From the IMG/VR virus record IMGVR_UViG_3300001726_000074, positions 1 to 38,623 of that record: a stretch of DNA of 38,623 bases, one strand, 5' to 3'. This stretch comes from a virus. Taxonomy: Duplodnaviria; Caudoviricetes. Below are positions 18,907 through 27,285 of the stretch, piece by piece; positions within the stretch are counted from its first letter, which is position 1; the number at the start of each line of letters is the position of its first letter. The notes under the pieces were generated by a model. That model saw only the letters and a program-made list of their open reading frames with translations. It was not told where the DNA came from and ran no database searches. The translations under genes were made by a program, and so were the position numbers.

Positions 18907-20261
18907 ATGCCATACCCCGGCGCACCGCGTTTCTGGGAGCGCGCCTTGATGATTTCGTTAATGTTCCGTTCAATTGGAAACTTCGCGGGTGCTGGAGGCC
19001 TCTGCGCCTTCTGTGCCTCACGCCATGACAGACCCAAATACCGCCACGCGGAACCGATGTGCTCCGCCCAATCCTTCACGGGGTTTTCCCGAAAAGTCTT
19101 TAGTTCGTCATCCCATTCTCGCCGATAGTTTCGCAGCCCCTCGACACCCAACTCACAGCGCCCCAGATCAAACCGCGCCACCTTGATCGTCTCTCGACCG
19201 GCATGGATGCCCTCTGCAACAGAAACCTTCTGGACTGGCATGGGCTTGCGCCCGAAATCCTGCAACATCTGCTGCCGTGTTCGTTTTGCACCCCAGTTGG
19301 CGATCATTGCGTCATGGGGAACGTAGTCCGTCCCGTGATATCCCTTGTCATCCAACCATCGACACCAATCTTCCAAGTCGTCTGATTCAGGACGGTAAAA
19401 GTCTACAATGTGAGGGATGCCGTTAATAACCTGAAAGCACCATATCGGGTTGTTGACCGCCTTACCCAAATCCCACGCCGTATGAACAGGCTGCGTCTCA
19501 TCGATGGGAACGGAGCATAACCGCCCGTCCCTCTCAGCGGCGTTCATTTCCCCGCCCCAATACGCCCCTATCATCGCACCCGAAAACGAGCAGTAATACT
19601 CTTGCTCAAATAGGGCCCGCCCCATTTCGGCCCCATACAAATCCTGATATTCTGCCAGGCTCTCTGCCAACTGTTCCGCTGATAACGCCTGCGTGTCATC
19701 GATAGTCGAGAGTTCCGCGAACCAGTTCTCGTTCCCCACAGCCCGGTCATACATCGACTTGGCGTGATTGTTCCCGCGGGGCGTCGTGATGAACGCCGCG
19801 ACCCCGTTCGACTCCTCTATCATTGGCTTGTGATAAGCCCAGGCGCTCGGATTACACAGCGCCCACTCTGAGTACGCTATCCCCACTGGACCAGACCCGA
19901 CCGTTGCGTCGTATCGATCAGATCCTAAAAGCTGCCATGTTGACCCCCACACGGTCTCAATGAACATATCGTTGTCATTGACGCGCTTGCGTATCTCAGG
20001 CGGGAATGCCTCGTCGATACGACGCTTGCCTGTGTGCCCGTTGATCCCGTTCCAGATTGCCTTGCGCGCCTGAGCATACTCTGGAAAGCAATGCCAGTAT
20101 GTCCCGACCCGCTTCTGAGACAACTCCCTAAACCCGTTCAGTACGATGTCATCCTTGCCCCATCGCCTATGGGCAATCTCGATCAACCGTCTCGTCTTCT
20201 GCCCAACCAGCGCCTCGTGAAAAGGCCGCTGATACCAGCGCACCCGATATTGAAAGTCCAT
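18903..20261 (-). CDS. terL: Terminase large subunit
   Basis: HRRWGKD Walker A, YSEWA Walker B variant, ITTPRG motif, WDLG nuclease motif; start at MDFQY overlapping the terS stop. Confidence 0.93.
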   Translation of the reverse strand: MDFQYRVRWYQRPFHEALVGQKTRRLIEIAHRRWGKDDIVLNGFRELSQKRVGTYWHCFPEYAQARKAIWNGINGHTGKRRIDEAFPPEIRKRVNDNDMFIETVWGSTWQLLGSDRYDATVGSGPVGIAYSEWALCNPSAWAYHKPMIEESNGVAAFITTPRGNNHAKSMYDRAVGNENWFAELSTIDDTQALSAEQLAESLAEYQDLYGAEMGRALFEQEYYCSFSGAMIGAYWGGEMNAAERDGRLCSVPIDETQPVHTAWDLGKAVNNPIWCFQVINGIPHIVDFYRPESDDLEDWCRWLDDKGYHGTDYVPHDAMIANWGAKRTRQQMLQDFGRKPMPVQKVSVAEGIHAGRETIKVARFDLGRCELGVEGLRNYRREWDDELKTFRENPVKDWAEHIGSAWRYLGLSWREAQKAQRPPAPAKFPIERNINEIIKARSQKRGAPGYGI

Positions 20262-20620
20262 CAGTCTGGCTTGGACTCGTAAACAGTCGTGAAGTTCACA
20301 GAAACGGCCCCGCTGTGTTCGCGCTCTGTCTTGTCTCTCCACTCCTCTGGATCGGCGTTCTTAAGCGCAAAAATATGACTTGTGACGCGCGGTCCGGTCT
20401 CGCCATCAATCAGCCGTTGCTCCAGAAAAAGCACCCTTGCGGCCTCCGCCCGTTTTACCGCGCCTAAAAATTCAGGGTTTTCCTTTGACCAATTCATGAT
20501 GGTTTCGCGACAAACACCAATCTCTCCAGCGAAAGCTGTCTTGCTTAAACCCCGCCCCATGCACTCAACAATCTTATCGCAGTACTCGGGGAGATACGTT
20601 GTCGGGCGTCCGGCTGTCAT
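20261..20620 (-). CDS. terS: Terminase small subunit
   Basis: GRPTTY N-terminus, HTH (AGEIGVCRETIMNW), IFALKN...WRDK motif. Confidence 0.85.
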   Translation of the reverse strand: MTAGRPTTYLPEYCDKIVECMGRGLSKTAFAGEIGVCRETIMNWSKENPEFLGAVKRAEAARVLFLEQRLIDGETGPRVTSHIFALKNADPEEWRDKTEREHSGAVSVNFTTVYESKPD

Positions 20621-21330
20621 AGGTAAACCACCCCCTGCCCTGCCCGCGTGAACCCCGTCGGACCCATTGCGAACGCTTTGCGTGGCGTGCCCTTTAGAGC
20701 CTGAGCGAGGGCGCTGTTGTAATCGTCCAGGCTCTTTTGCTGTTGACGCCTGGTTTCCTCTTGGGATGCTTTTAACGCGACGGCACGAACATCCTCTGAG
20801 ACACCACCGTCATCTCCGCCCGTTCCGTCTCCCATGCTTCCGTCTGGATTGTTGTCATGGGTTGCCCCCAACATATTACCCAGCGCACCAAACATACCAA
20901 CCGGGCTTAATGCTGATATCTGAGAGGCCAAACCAAATGTTGCAGCGGCAGCAAGGTTGTCGGCGTCATACGCGCGCTCGGCTGCCGAGAACAGGCCGCG
21001 TGCTTTCACCGGCTTGTCCATGTCATACATGCTGGGATGGGTCTCAGTCGGACTCCGCGCCACACCGCCAAAGCTGGCATTGTCGGCGGAGAATTGTGAA
21101 TCATGCGCCATTGCGGATCGCATCGACTGTAAATCCCGGAGACTGCTTACGCCCGCGTTGGACCCGACCCCGTTCGCACCCATTGCACCGGCATTGGCGA
21201 CACCGCGTGAATTGTTTTCTGCTTCTGCGTCCTGCTGGCCCTGCGTTGCGCCTTGAGCACCGCCCTGCCCGCCGTCCCCGGCATCAAAACACACCTGCGG
21301 CCCCTGGTGAGTATAATCAAAAGGATTCAT
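20617..21330 (-). CDS. Gly/Ala-rich hypothetical protein
   Basis: Start MNPFDY overlaps the acyltransferase stop (ATGA) with a GGAGG RBS; hydrophobic central segment. Confidence 0.65.
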   Translation of the reverse strand: MNPFDYTHQGPQVCFDAGDGGQGGAQGATQGQQDAEAENNSRGVANAGAMGANGVGSNAGVSSLRDLQSMRSAMAHDSQFSADNASFGGVARSPTETHPSMYDMDKPVKARGLFSAAERAYDADNLAAAATFGLASQISALSPVGMFGALGNMLGATHDNNPDGSMGDGTGGDDGGVSEDVRAVALKASQEETRRQQQKSLDDYNSALAQALKGTPRKAFAMGPTGFTRAGQGVVYL

Positions 21331-21770
21331 GCCCTCACCTCCGCTAAATGTTTGATTGTGCCAGTCCCGTGGGTTCGTAACCATCGGGCGCTCTTGAATG
21401 CCTTGAAAGGGCCGCGCCGCAATTGTCGCGCAGCCTGCATCACCCCACCATCGGGAAACACAGCATCGACGATCCAAAGATTGTCGCCGCTGCGCCAATT
21501 GTGCGGATCTGATAAATCCAATGAAAGGCTCGCCATCTTGTCCGCGTCACCGCTTGACAACAGAGCGTAGGTCACAAAGCCTATCGGGTTATTGAAGAAA
21601 GCATACTGCCCCAACTCTACAGGGGTCTTTAGAAGCGTCACCACCCGACCGAGCGAGTAACCTTTGTGTACTTCTGACAACCCAGCAAGGCCAAGCATGC
21701 AGACATAATCAAAGGAGGCAGCCACCCATCCGGCCCTTTGCTGCGATGTCTTGCATGGTTGTACCCCCAA
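21327..21770 (-). CDS. HlyC-family (RTX toxin-activating) lysine acyltransferase-like protein
   Basis: S..H motif (LSEVH), PVELGQY, PIGFVTYA and WRSGDNLWIVDAVFPDG; true start may be GTG at 21725. Confidence 0.8.
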   Translation of the reverse strand: MGVQPCKTSQQRAGWVAASFDYVCMLGLAGLSEVHKGYSLGRVVTLLKTPVELGQYAFFNNPIGFVTYALLSSGDADKMASLSLDLSDPHNWRSGDNLWIVDAVFPDGGVMQAARQLRRGPFKAFKSARWLRTHGTGTIKHLAEVRA

Positions 21771-21797
21771 AGGAAAAGGCCACCCCGAAGGATGGCC
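21769..21797 (-). terminator. Intrinsic terminator in the late leader
   Basis: Minus strand GGCCATCC-TTCG-GGGTGGCC followed by TTTTCCTTT. Confidence 0.7.
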
Positions 21798-21802
21798 ACA
21801 GC

Positions 21803-21815
21803 TAACTAATTGATA
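21803..21815 (-). promoter_or_regulatory. IHF consensus site
   Basis: TATCAATTAGTTA matches WATCAANNNNTTR, in an AT-rich patch upstream of the packaging genes. Confidence 0.4.
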
Positions 21816-21894
21816 TGTAATATATGTCCTGCATAATTACGGGATTTTCCCGCAATTGATGGCCAGGCGCGACCCGTTATATCGGGTGTGTGGG

Positions 21895-22128
21895 TTAGAT
21901 TGCGGAACCGCCGTCGAGGCTTCCACCACCGCCGCCAGGGGCGTCGGTGTTGCTGCAATCTTTCTTGTGTAACTGCTTTTGGTCTAAATCACTACAAACT
22001 TGACCAGAGCCTAACGACCGAGCAAACACAGGATCGGTCCCGCCTACTAATCGCCCGGACCCAACATGCTGATATGGTATGCCGTTAATTTTCACAATTT
22101 CATTATCCTCAAGGCCAAATGAGTGCAT
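21895..22128 (-). CDS. Small hypothetical protein
   Basis: 77 aa with a GGAGG RBS. Confidence 0.5.
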   Translation of the reverse strand: MHSFGLEDNEIVKINGIPYQHVGSGRLVGGTDPVFARSLGSGQVCSDLDQKQLHKKDCSNTDAPGGGGGSLDGGSAI

Positions 22129-22200
22129 GGTGCGCCTCCTAGGTTACCGGCTGTCGTATCCCCGTGGGGATCTGTGCCGCGCTATGGAGCGCTGGCGAAT

Positions 22201-22277
22201 TGGTCTAGCTGGATGGATTCGAACCACCGACATTCTGGTCCCAAACCAGACGCGCTACCAGACTGCGCTACAGCCAG
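22201..22277 (-). tRNA. tRNA-Pro(TGG) with encoded CCA
   Basis: CTGGCTGTAGCGCAGTCTGGTAGCGCG-TCTGG-TTTGGGA-CCAGA...GGTGGTTCGAATCCATC-CAGCTAG-ACCA folds as a full cloverleaf. Confidence 0.93.
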
Positions 22278-22440
22278 AAGATAACCCGCCGGGTGCGCAT
22301 CGTGGAGAGGCGTGGCGGGTCTGTTGAAAGGGCCATGGCACCGATTGCCGCCGGTCCATGGCATGTTTACTCAAACTTTTTGAAAACCGCCCTAAAGGCG
22401 ACATTGCTTCAGGCGCAAATACGCACACTGAATACATTGC

Positions 22441-22468
22441 ATTTTACATTGTTCGCTCACCGCGTCAA
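22441..22468 (-). promoter_or_regulatory. Putative late promoter (PR'-like)
   Basis: TTGACG-N16-TAAAAT at the end of the Q-like gene, pointing into the tRNA and late genes. Confidence 0.5.
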
Positions 22469-22930
22469 CCCGAAATGTAGCGCTAAATTGCATAATCCGC
22501 GTCTTAGGCACACAACATCGTGAATCACTTCGTCCAGCAATATCGCCCGCACAAGTCGTCTCTCTGCATTCCCACCAATCGCCACGAATGCCGCATCATA
22601 AGCCTTGCGCACTTTATCAAATTCTTCCGGGTCGTCTATACCTTCCCGCCCGCTTGGATGTCCGACTGTCTCGCGTGGGACCGTCAGCAAGGCGCGATAC
22701 CGTGACACCAGCGCCCCAAACTTCCGGCCCGCTTCTCGTTCCTCCGCTGTGATTTGCTTTGTCAGCATGAGCGCATGGAGTATCGATTTGTCCCAGACCT
22801 TAACGTTATCCAACCCGACAACCCGCGCGCATCTGTCCCGGTACTCTGGTGTCATTTCGACGCGATACCGCACTGGCTGACCATTGGGCTGGCGTCGCGT
22901 CAGTTTGCGTTTGCGTCCGGTGCGGGCCAT
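22457..22930 (-). CDS. Putative late-gene regulator (Q / antiterminator position)
   Basis: Basic MARTGRKRK N-terminus, ITAEEREAGRKF and LRRGLCNLALHFG motifs; last gene before the late promoter. Confidence 0.55.
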   Translation of the reverse strand: MARTGRKRKLTRRQPNGQPVRYRVEMTPEYRDRCARVVGLDNVKVWDKSILHALMLTKQITAEEREAGRKFGALVSRYRALLTVPRETVGHPSGREGIDDPEEFDKVRKAYDAAFVAIGGNAERRLVRAILLDEVIHDVVCLRRGLCNLALHFGLTR

Positions 22931-23223
22931 GCTGCGCTCCTATGGGTTACTTGGGGGTCAGTCTCGTTTAGTGCTGCGTCGATCATGGCCTGCCACCAAT
23001 CAATGTGACACTTGTCCGGGCCCGTCAGCAGTTCACAACCATCAAAGCCCTCCATACTTCCAGCACCTTCAAGCATCGCCTCTGTAGGCTCTCGCATCGC
23101 AGATAAGACCAAGGCAGCCACCTTCATGCTTTTGTAGTCGTCAGCAGGGTTCATCCCGCGTGTTTTGTCTCCAAACTCTCGAAAAATCACCCAAGCCACG
23201 CGCTCTATCATGCTGTCACTCAT
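22900..23223 (-). CDS. Hypothetical phage protein
   Basis: MIERVA...MREPTEAML...WQAMIDAAL motif common in phage nin regions. Confidence 0.65.
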   Translation of the reverse strand: MSDSMIERVAWVIFREFGDKTRGMNPADDYKSMKVAALVLSAMREPTEAMLEGAGSMEGFDGCELLTGPDKCHIDWWQAMIDAALNETDPQVTHRSAAWPAPDANAN

Positions 23224-23551
23224 CGGTTGGGTCCACTTCGCGCATGCGGGTGAACTTATGGATTGGCGCAATTGCAGCAGCCTCATCCATTGAAGCGAAC
23301 GCAGAAACTCGCCCTTCTAAATGAAAGACTGCCCAGCACTCGCGAGGTTTTGGCTTCGGATGTCGTGCGTTGCGGAACCAGTAGGGATTCAAAAATAGCA
23401 CGGTTTCATGCATCTTTTCCGGCATACAGGCGACACTACCATATTCGTCCAACACTGGCTGACCATCTGCATCCTTTAAAAACGCTTTAACGGGCAACCA
23501 ATTCCCAGCGATTTTTACCTCAACGGGCTTAGTCCAATCGATATCACTCAT
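23216..23551 (-). CDS. Hypothetical protein (paralog of 23973-24311)
   Basis: IDWTKPVEV N-terminus. Confidence 0.65.
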   Translation of the reverse strand: MSDIDWTKPVEVKIAGNWLPVKAFLKDADGQPVLDEYGSVACMPEKMHETVLFLNPYWFRNARHPKPKPRECWAVFHLEGRVSAFASMDEAAAIAPIHKFTRMREVDPTDE

Positions 23552-23565
23552 TCGCTTGATCCCCC

Positions 23566-23976
23566 TCAAATCCGTGCGTTAAGTCCCACGACCGAATGGT
23601 CACGGCCTGGACCGCGCCACCCGTCACCACCCTTGCAGGATGGACACACCCTGTTGCCCTCCCACTCACTCTCGAAAGACAGCCCACACGGACCGAGGCA
23701 CTTGCGCCGCGCCCGCTTGTATTCGCGATCCGATGCAGGCTTTGCCGCAAACCCCTTCGCATTCTTTGTCTTGGGCGGCAGCCGTCCCTGGACCACGTAG
23801 TCAGACACCAGCACGCGGAATGGTTCGCCAGCATCGATCATACCCTTGAGACGCAGGTGTTTCAGGCTGCGCGATATATCCGCCCTGCGCAGGCCCGTCG
23901 CTGCCAGCTTATCCACCGTGTCGTGACCGGCCTGGATCAGGCGCATGTATTTGTCTTGCGTGAATGTCAGCATCAT
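23566..23976 (-). CDS. wHTH plus C-terminal zinc-finger protein
   Basis: LAATGLRRADISRSLKHLRLKGMI HTH; CLGPC...CPSC. Confidence 0.65.
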   Translation of the reverse strand: MMLTFTQDKYMRLIQAGHDTVDKLAATGLRRADISRSLKHLRLKGMIDAGEPFRVLVSDYVVQGRLPPKTKNAKGFAAKPASDREYKRARRKCLGPCGLSFESEWEGNRVCPSCKGGDGWRGPGRDHSVVGLNARI

Positions 23977-24311
23977 TGGTCTGGTGCCTCCACCATGCGG
24001 GCGCGGCGGATGCGGTTTTCGCTAGCGCCTTTATCCGCGGCATCTTTACTTTTGTAAACGCCCAACGCAGGACCCTCTGGATAAACATTCAACCAAACCT
24101 CAAGCGGTTCTGGCTTGTTGCGGATGTTGTGGTGGTCAGCCCACACGTTAAAATTCAGCCCCCAAACACGAACGTCACCGTCATCATCAACGTACAAAGA
24201 CCCGTCATTATTCCGCACTGAGTGCGTAATCTCACGCCAATCTCCCCCATGAAACACTTCGACAGGCTTGCTCCAATCAATCTCAGGCATTTCGTGTTTC
24301 GTGTCAGTCAT
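23973..24311 (-). CDS. Hypothetical protein (paralog of 23216-23551)
   Basis: IDWSKPVEV N-terminus; GGAGG RBS. Confidence 0.65.
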   Translation of the reverse strand: MTDTKHEMPEIDWSKPVEVFHGGDWREITHSVRNNDGSLYVDDDGDVRVWGLNFNVWADHHNIRNKPEPLEVWLNVYPEGPALGVYKSKDAADKGASENRIRRARMVEAPDQ

Positions 24312-24314
24312 GAT

Positions 24315-25649
24315 CTATCCTCCTATGTTCCGAAAGTGCGGGCCGACCCGCTTGTCAAAAGCCATCTTCGGGTAATTCTCATCACCCACGTCCTGAGCCG
24401 GCCCATACCGATGGGCCAAACATTCCAGATAAGCCCCAGGCTCGACGCTGGGCAGGCTTTCCTCTTTGCTGGTGACTGTCAGGGCGAATGCAGCGTCACA
24501 CGCCAGCAGAAGCCCCTCCCCGTGCCGGATACCGCCCTCAGAATTGATCTGTGCAGCGACGACAACCCAAATCCCATAGTTTACCGCTGCCTCAGCCAAG
24601 GTCTGTGCAACCTGTTCGTAGTGGACAGTCAGGCTATCCCCGCGCTGTTGACCAGTGACCAGTTGCAGATAATCCACAATCACGCCCCGGTACTTCTTCG
24701 ACATGCCGATCTGCGCCAGGGTTGCTTTGAGGTCGTGCAGCGTCATACGAGGCTTGCGACGGACAACCAACGGTGTCTTGTCTAGCCACTCACTGGCGCG
24801 CTGTGCTGACTCCATGAAGGCAGGCTCACACCGTCTCCGCTGATCCTGAAACACCATTGCATTGCGGCTCATCTTACGGGCAAGGAACCGCTCTACCAGT
24901 TGCTCCGCCCCAGATTCCAGCGTCAGGTAAACGTGAGAAACACCGGCCTCTGCGAGATTGTAGGACATGCTGGAAAGCAGAAACGACTTCCCACCCTTGA
25001 ACCGACCGCCAAACCCGTAAAATCGGCCCGTGTGAAGCCCGCCCATCAAAACATCATCCAGGCCATCGATGCCTGTAAGGTCCGCATCAATGGGCTTGTC
25101 CAGATTGGTCACAACCCGCTTTGCAACAGATCCCGCGCTTTCAAACGTGGCTGAAACACTGGCGATGTCCGACAGTTCCCCATTGAACGCGCCAATCATG
25201 TCATCCGGGGATTCATCCACCGTCAGGTCTTCGGCCCGCTCTTTGATTTCCTGCGCCAAGCCAATCAGCGACCGGCGCTGCGCCATTGCGCGGATGGTGT
25301 GCCCATAGTGCGCCACATTCGCAGGCGTCACCGTGATGATGTTTTCAGATAGCGCGTAAAGGAATTCAACATCCAGTTCGGTCCGGGCCTCAAACTCAGC
25401 TTTGAGCGAGGCAGGCGTCAGGTTCCGACCTTCCCGGCGCGTAATAATCCCATAAAGTTCGATATGCTCTGGAACCCAAAAGTGTCCCGGCTCTAAAATC
25501 CCCGCCACTTCGGCATACAGCCCCGGCACCCGCAGCATCGCCCCAAGCAACGCCTGCTCGACTTCGATGTTGCGAGGCGCGCGGTCCTGGTCACGCCTCG
25601 CAGCTGCCAGCCGCTCCGCTTTGGCCTCAATGTTCGATATCGCATTCAT
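24315..25649 (-). CDS. dnaB: Replicative DNA helicase, DnaB-like
   Basis: PRNIEVEQALLGAML N-domain, GGRFKGGKS Walker A, YLTLE, IVDYLQL and AAQIN motifs. Confidence 0.9.
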   Translation of the reverse strand: MNAISNIEAKAERLAAARRDQDRAPRNIEVEQALLGAMLRVPGLYAEVAGILEPGHFWVPEHIELYGIITRREGRNLTPASLKAEFEARTELDVEFLYALSENIITVTPANVAHYGHTIRAMAQRRSLIGLAQEIKERAEDLTVDESPDDMIGAFNGELSDIASVSATFESAGSVAKRVVTNLDKPIDADLTGIDGLDDVLMGGLHTGRFYGFGGRFKGGKSFLLSSMSYNLAEAGVSHVYLTLESGAEQLVERFLARKMSRNAMVFQDQRRRCEPAFMESAQRASEWLDKTPLVVRRKPRMTLHDLKATLAQIGMSKKYRGVIVDYLQLVTGQQRGDSLTVHYEQVAQTLAEAAVNYGIWVVVAAQINSEGGIRHGEGLLLACDAAFALTVTSKEESLPSVEPGAYLECLAHRYGPAQDVGDENYPKMAFDKRVGPHFRNIGG

Positions 25650-26356
25650 CCCTGCTCTCCCATCAGCGCGTCAACCGCCGCCCTGTCCATTTTTCCCGGT
25701 GCTGATTGCTTGTGAGGGGATTGTTTTTCGATTGCCCGCTCGTTCGACCGCTTGAGCCAGTTGCTCGCGGCAAAGAACCATTTCCCGTCCTTCGGCGGGT
25801 TATCGACGTAGTAGGCATCCGCTGCCGTGAGTTCTGGAATCAGATCAACCTTTGGAAAGTTCCGCCGCCAAGCGTCAGCTTGGGAATGGTCGATCCTGAT
25901 GATTTTACCCTCGAAGGCATAATCTTTGGATTTTTTGCCAGCCCCTACTTCCTTCCTTTCCTCTCCTATACCTTCCTCTCCCTTACTATCCGCCGACGAG
26001 TATTCGTCGAACGTTCGACGATCAGGGTTAGAAGGAGGCGGTATTTTTGATTGCTGTGGACGATCAATCTTCTGATTGTGCCATCCATTTATTTGTAGAT
26101 ATTCTTTATTATCAACAACATAAAGCGTAACAAGACCATTCGACGATAATTCGTCGATCCATCCACGAATGTTCGTCTCGTCAATTTGGTCTGCCGGAAA
26201 AATCTTTGCCTTGATTTGTTTGTCCGATGCGCGCAAGCGACCGGCGTCATCAGCAAAATTCCACAACCCAATAAACATCAGACGAGCGTTCGGCGAACAC
26301 TCCATGACATCTTCGTCAGTCCAAAACTCAGGTTTAATCGTCCTGATACGCGCCAT
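25646..26356 (-). CDS. Replication initiator protein (O-like)
   Basis: MARIRTIKPEFW N-terminus, GLWNFADDAGR; upstream of the helicase; contains iterons. Confidence 0.85.
   Translation of the reverse strand: MARIRTIKPEFWTDEDVMECSPNARLMFIGLWNFADDAGRLRASDKQIKAKIFPADQIDETNIRGWIDELSSNGLVTLYVVDNKEYLQINGWHNQKIDRPQQSKIPPPSNPDRRTFDEYSSADSKGEEGIGEERKEVGAGKKSKDYAFEGKIIRIDHSQADAWRRNFPKVDLIPELTAADAYYVDNPPKDGKWFFAASNWLKRSNERAIEKQSPHKQSAPGKMDRAAVDALMGEQG
25994..26180. repeat. Putative replication origin: palindromic iterons inside the initiator gene
   Basis: CGACGAGTATTCGTCG (25994-26009), TCGACGATAATTCGTCGA (26140-26157), GTCGAACGTTCGAC and ACGAATGTTCGT around an AT-rich tract. Confidence 0.6.
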
Positions 26357-26654
26357 TTAACTTCTCCATAAACCGCGCGATTGGCGCGCTGATATGTTCG
26401 GGCTTCTGAATCTTCACGCATCCGCGCACACACAGCCGGTTGGTGCAGTGACCACCGGCCTGGAAGCAGTCCCGACCAAGGCTCTTGCCGTTATCGATGC
26501 AGCGCATCGCCTCCAAGCATCGACCACGGCGCACACAGGTCGCGCCCTTTACTCTGGCAGGGCACACCCAACCGGGCGGCTTGCATATCTCAGCAAGGGC
26601 AAAGCATGCCTCTGTGTAGCTATCGTGGCAGTCCTTGGCGGTGTCGTGGGTCAC
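26334..26654 (-). CDS. Cys-rich hypothetical protein
   Basis: Multiple Cys clusters; probable GTG start overlapping the upstream stop. Confidence 0.55.
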   Translation of the reverse strand: MTHDTAKDCHDSYTEACFALAEICKPPGWVCPARVKGATCVRRGRCLEAMRCIDNGKSLGRDCFQAGGHCTNRLCVRGCVKIQKPEHISAPIARFMEKLNGAYQDD

Positions 26655-26839
26655 AGCAGCTTCTCCAATGCCATCACGCGAGTGGTTGCGTCTCGGAGTA
26701 CCTTCTCGCACTTAGAGCGCGCCTGCGTGCTGTTGATGAGGACAGCGCGGTCGTAAGCTGCCTTTGCCTGGGATTGGGCCTTGATGGCACCGTGCAGCGC
26801 TATACGAGCCTGTACTGAGGGGTGGAGTAGGTCAGTCAT
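26651..26839 (-). CDS. Small helical hypothetical protein
   Basis: 62 aa, coupled on both sides by 4-nt overlaps. Confidence 0.6.
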   Translation of the reverse strand: MTDLLHPSVQARIALHGAIKAQSQAKAAYDRAVLINSTQARSKCEKVLRDATTRVMALEKLL

Positions 26840-27285
26840 AGACCACCTGCCCGCAAGCGCTTCATTTTATCAGCATGGTCGATTGCCAAGAGGATGATAG
26901 CTGGTGTCTCAAACTGATCACCACACTGCATCACCTTCGTTTGCGCCAACAGATCGGCGGAAATAATGCGCCAATCAGAGTTCGGTATTTTGACGCGCAA
27001 ATGATGGATGTATAGCAGTCTATCAACGACATCATCGCCGGAGCGTTTCCGCATCCAATCCTCAAATTCAACAGGACGGCTTCCAAGATATGCGTGGCAT
27101 CCGTAGCAGTGCGCGACTGCATTCTGGTGGTGCCAGCGGGTCGATGTAGAGCCGCGACCATAAAAATGGGAACAGTCCAGCGCGCCTGTGTTGTGACCGT
27201 GATACTTGCCGCAGCGCTCACACGTCCAGTTGGCCCGCATGCGAACCAACCTTGAAAAATGCTTGTCTGCTGCGACTATCTTCAT
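26836..27285 (-). CDS. ninG: NinG/Rap-like HNH-type endonuclease
   Basis: ADKHFSRLVRMR, CERCG, DCSHF...STRW...NAVAHCYGCH motifs; ATG overlaps the tas stop (ATGA). Confidence 0.8.
   Translation of the reverse strand: MKIVAADKHFSRLVRMRANWTCERCGKYHGHNTGALDCSHFYGRGSTSTRWHHQNAVAHCYGCHAYLGSRPVEFEDWMRKRSGDDVVDRLLYIHHLRVKIPNSDWRIISADLLAQTKVMQCGDQFETPAIILLAIDHADKMKRLRAGGL

Noticed and set aside
15059-21347. Long plus-strand ORFs (e.g. 15059-15721, 18154-18816, 20667-21347)
   Set aside because: Antisense shadows of well-supported structural genes, with no motifs or RBS.
22201-22277. tRNA as an attachment site or prophage boundary
   Set aside because: Full-length, internal to the late leader, and no duplicated 3' fragment was seen elsewhere.
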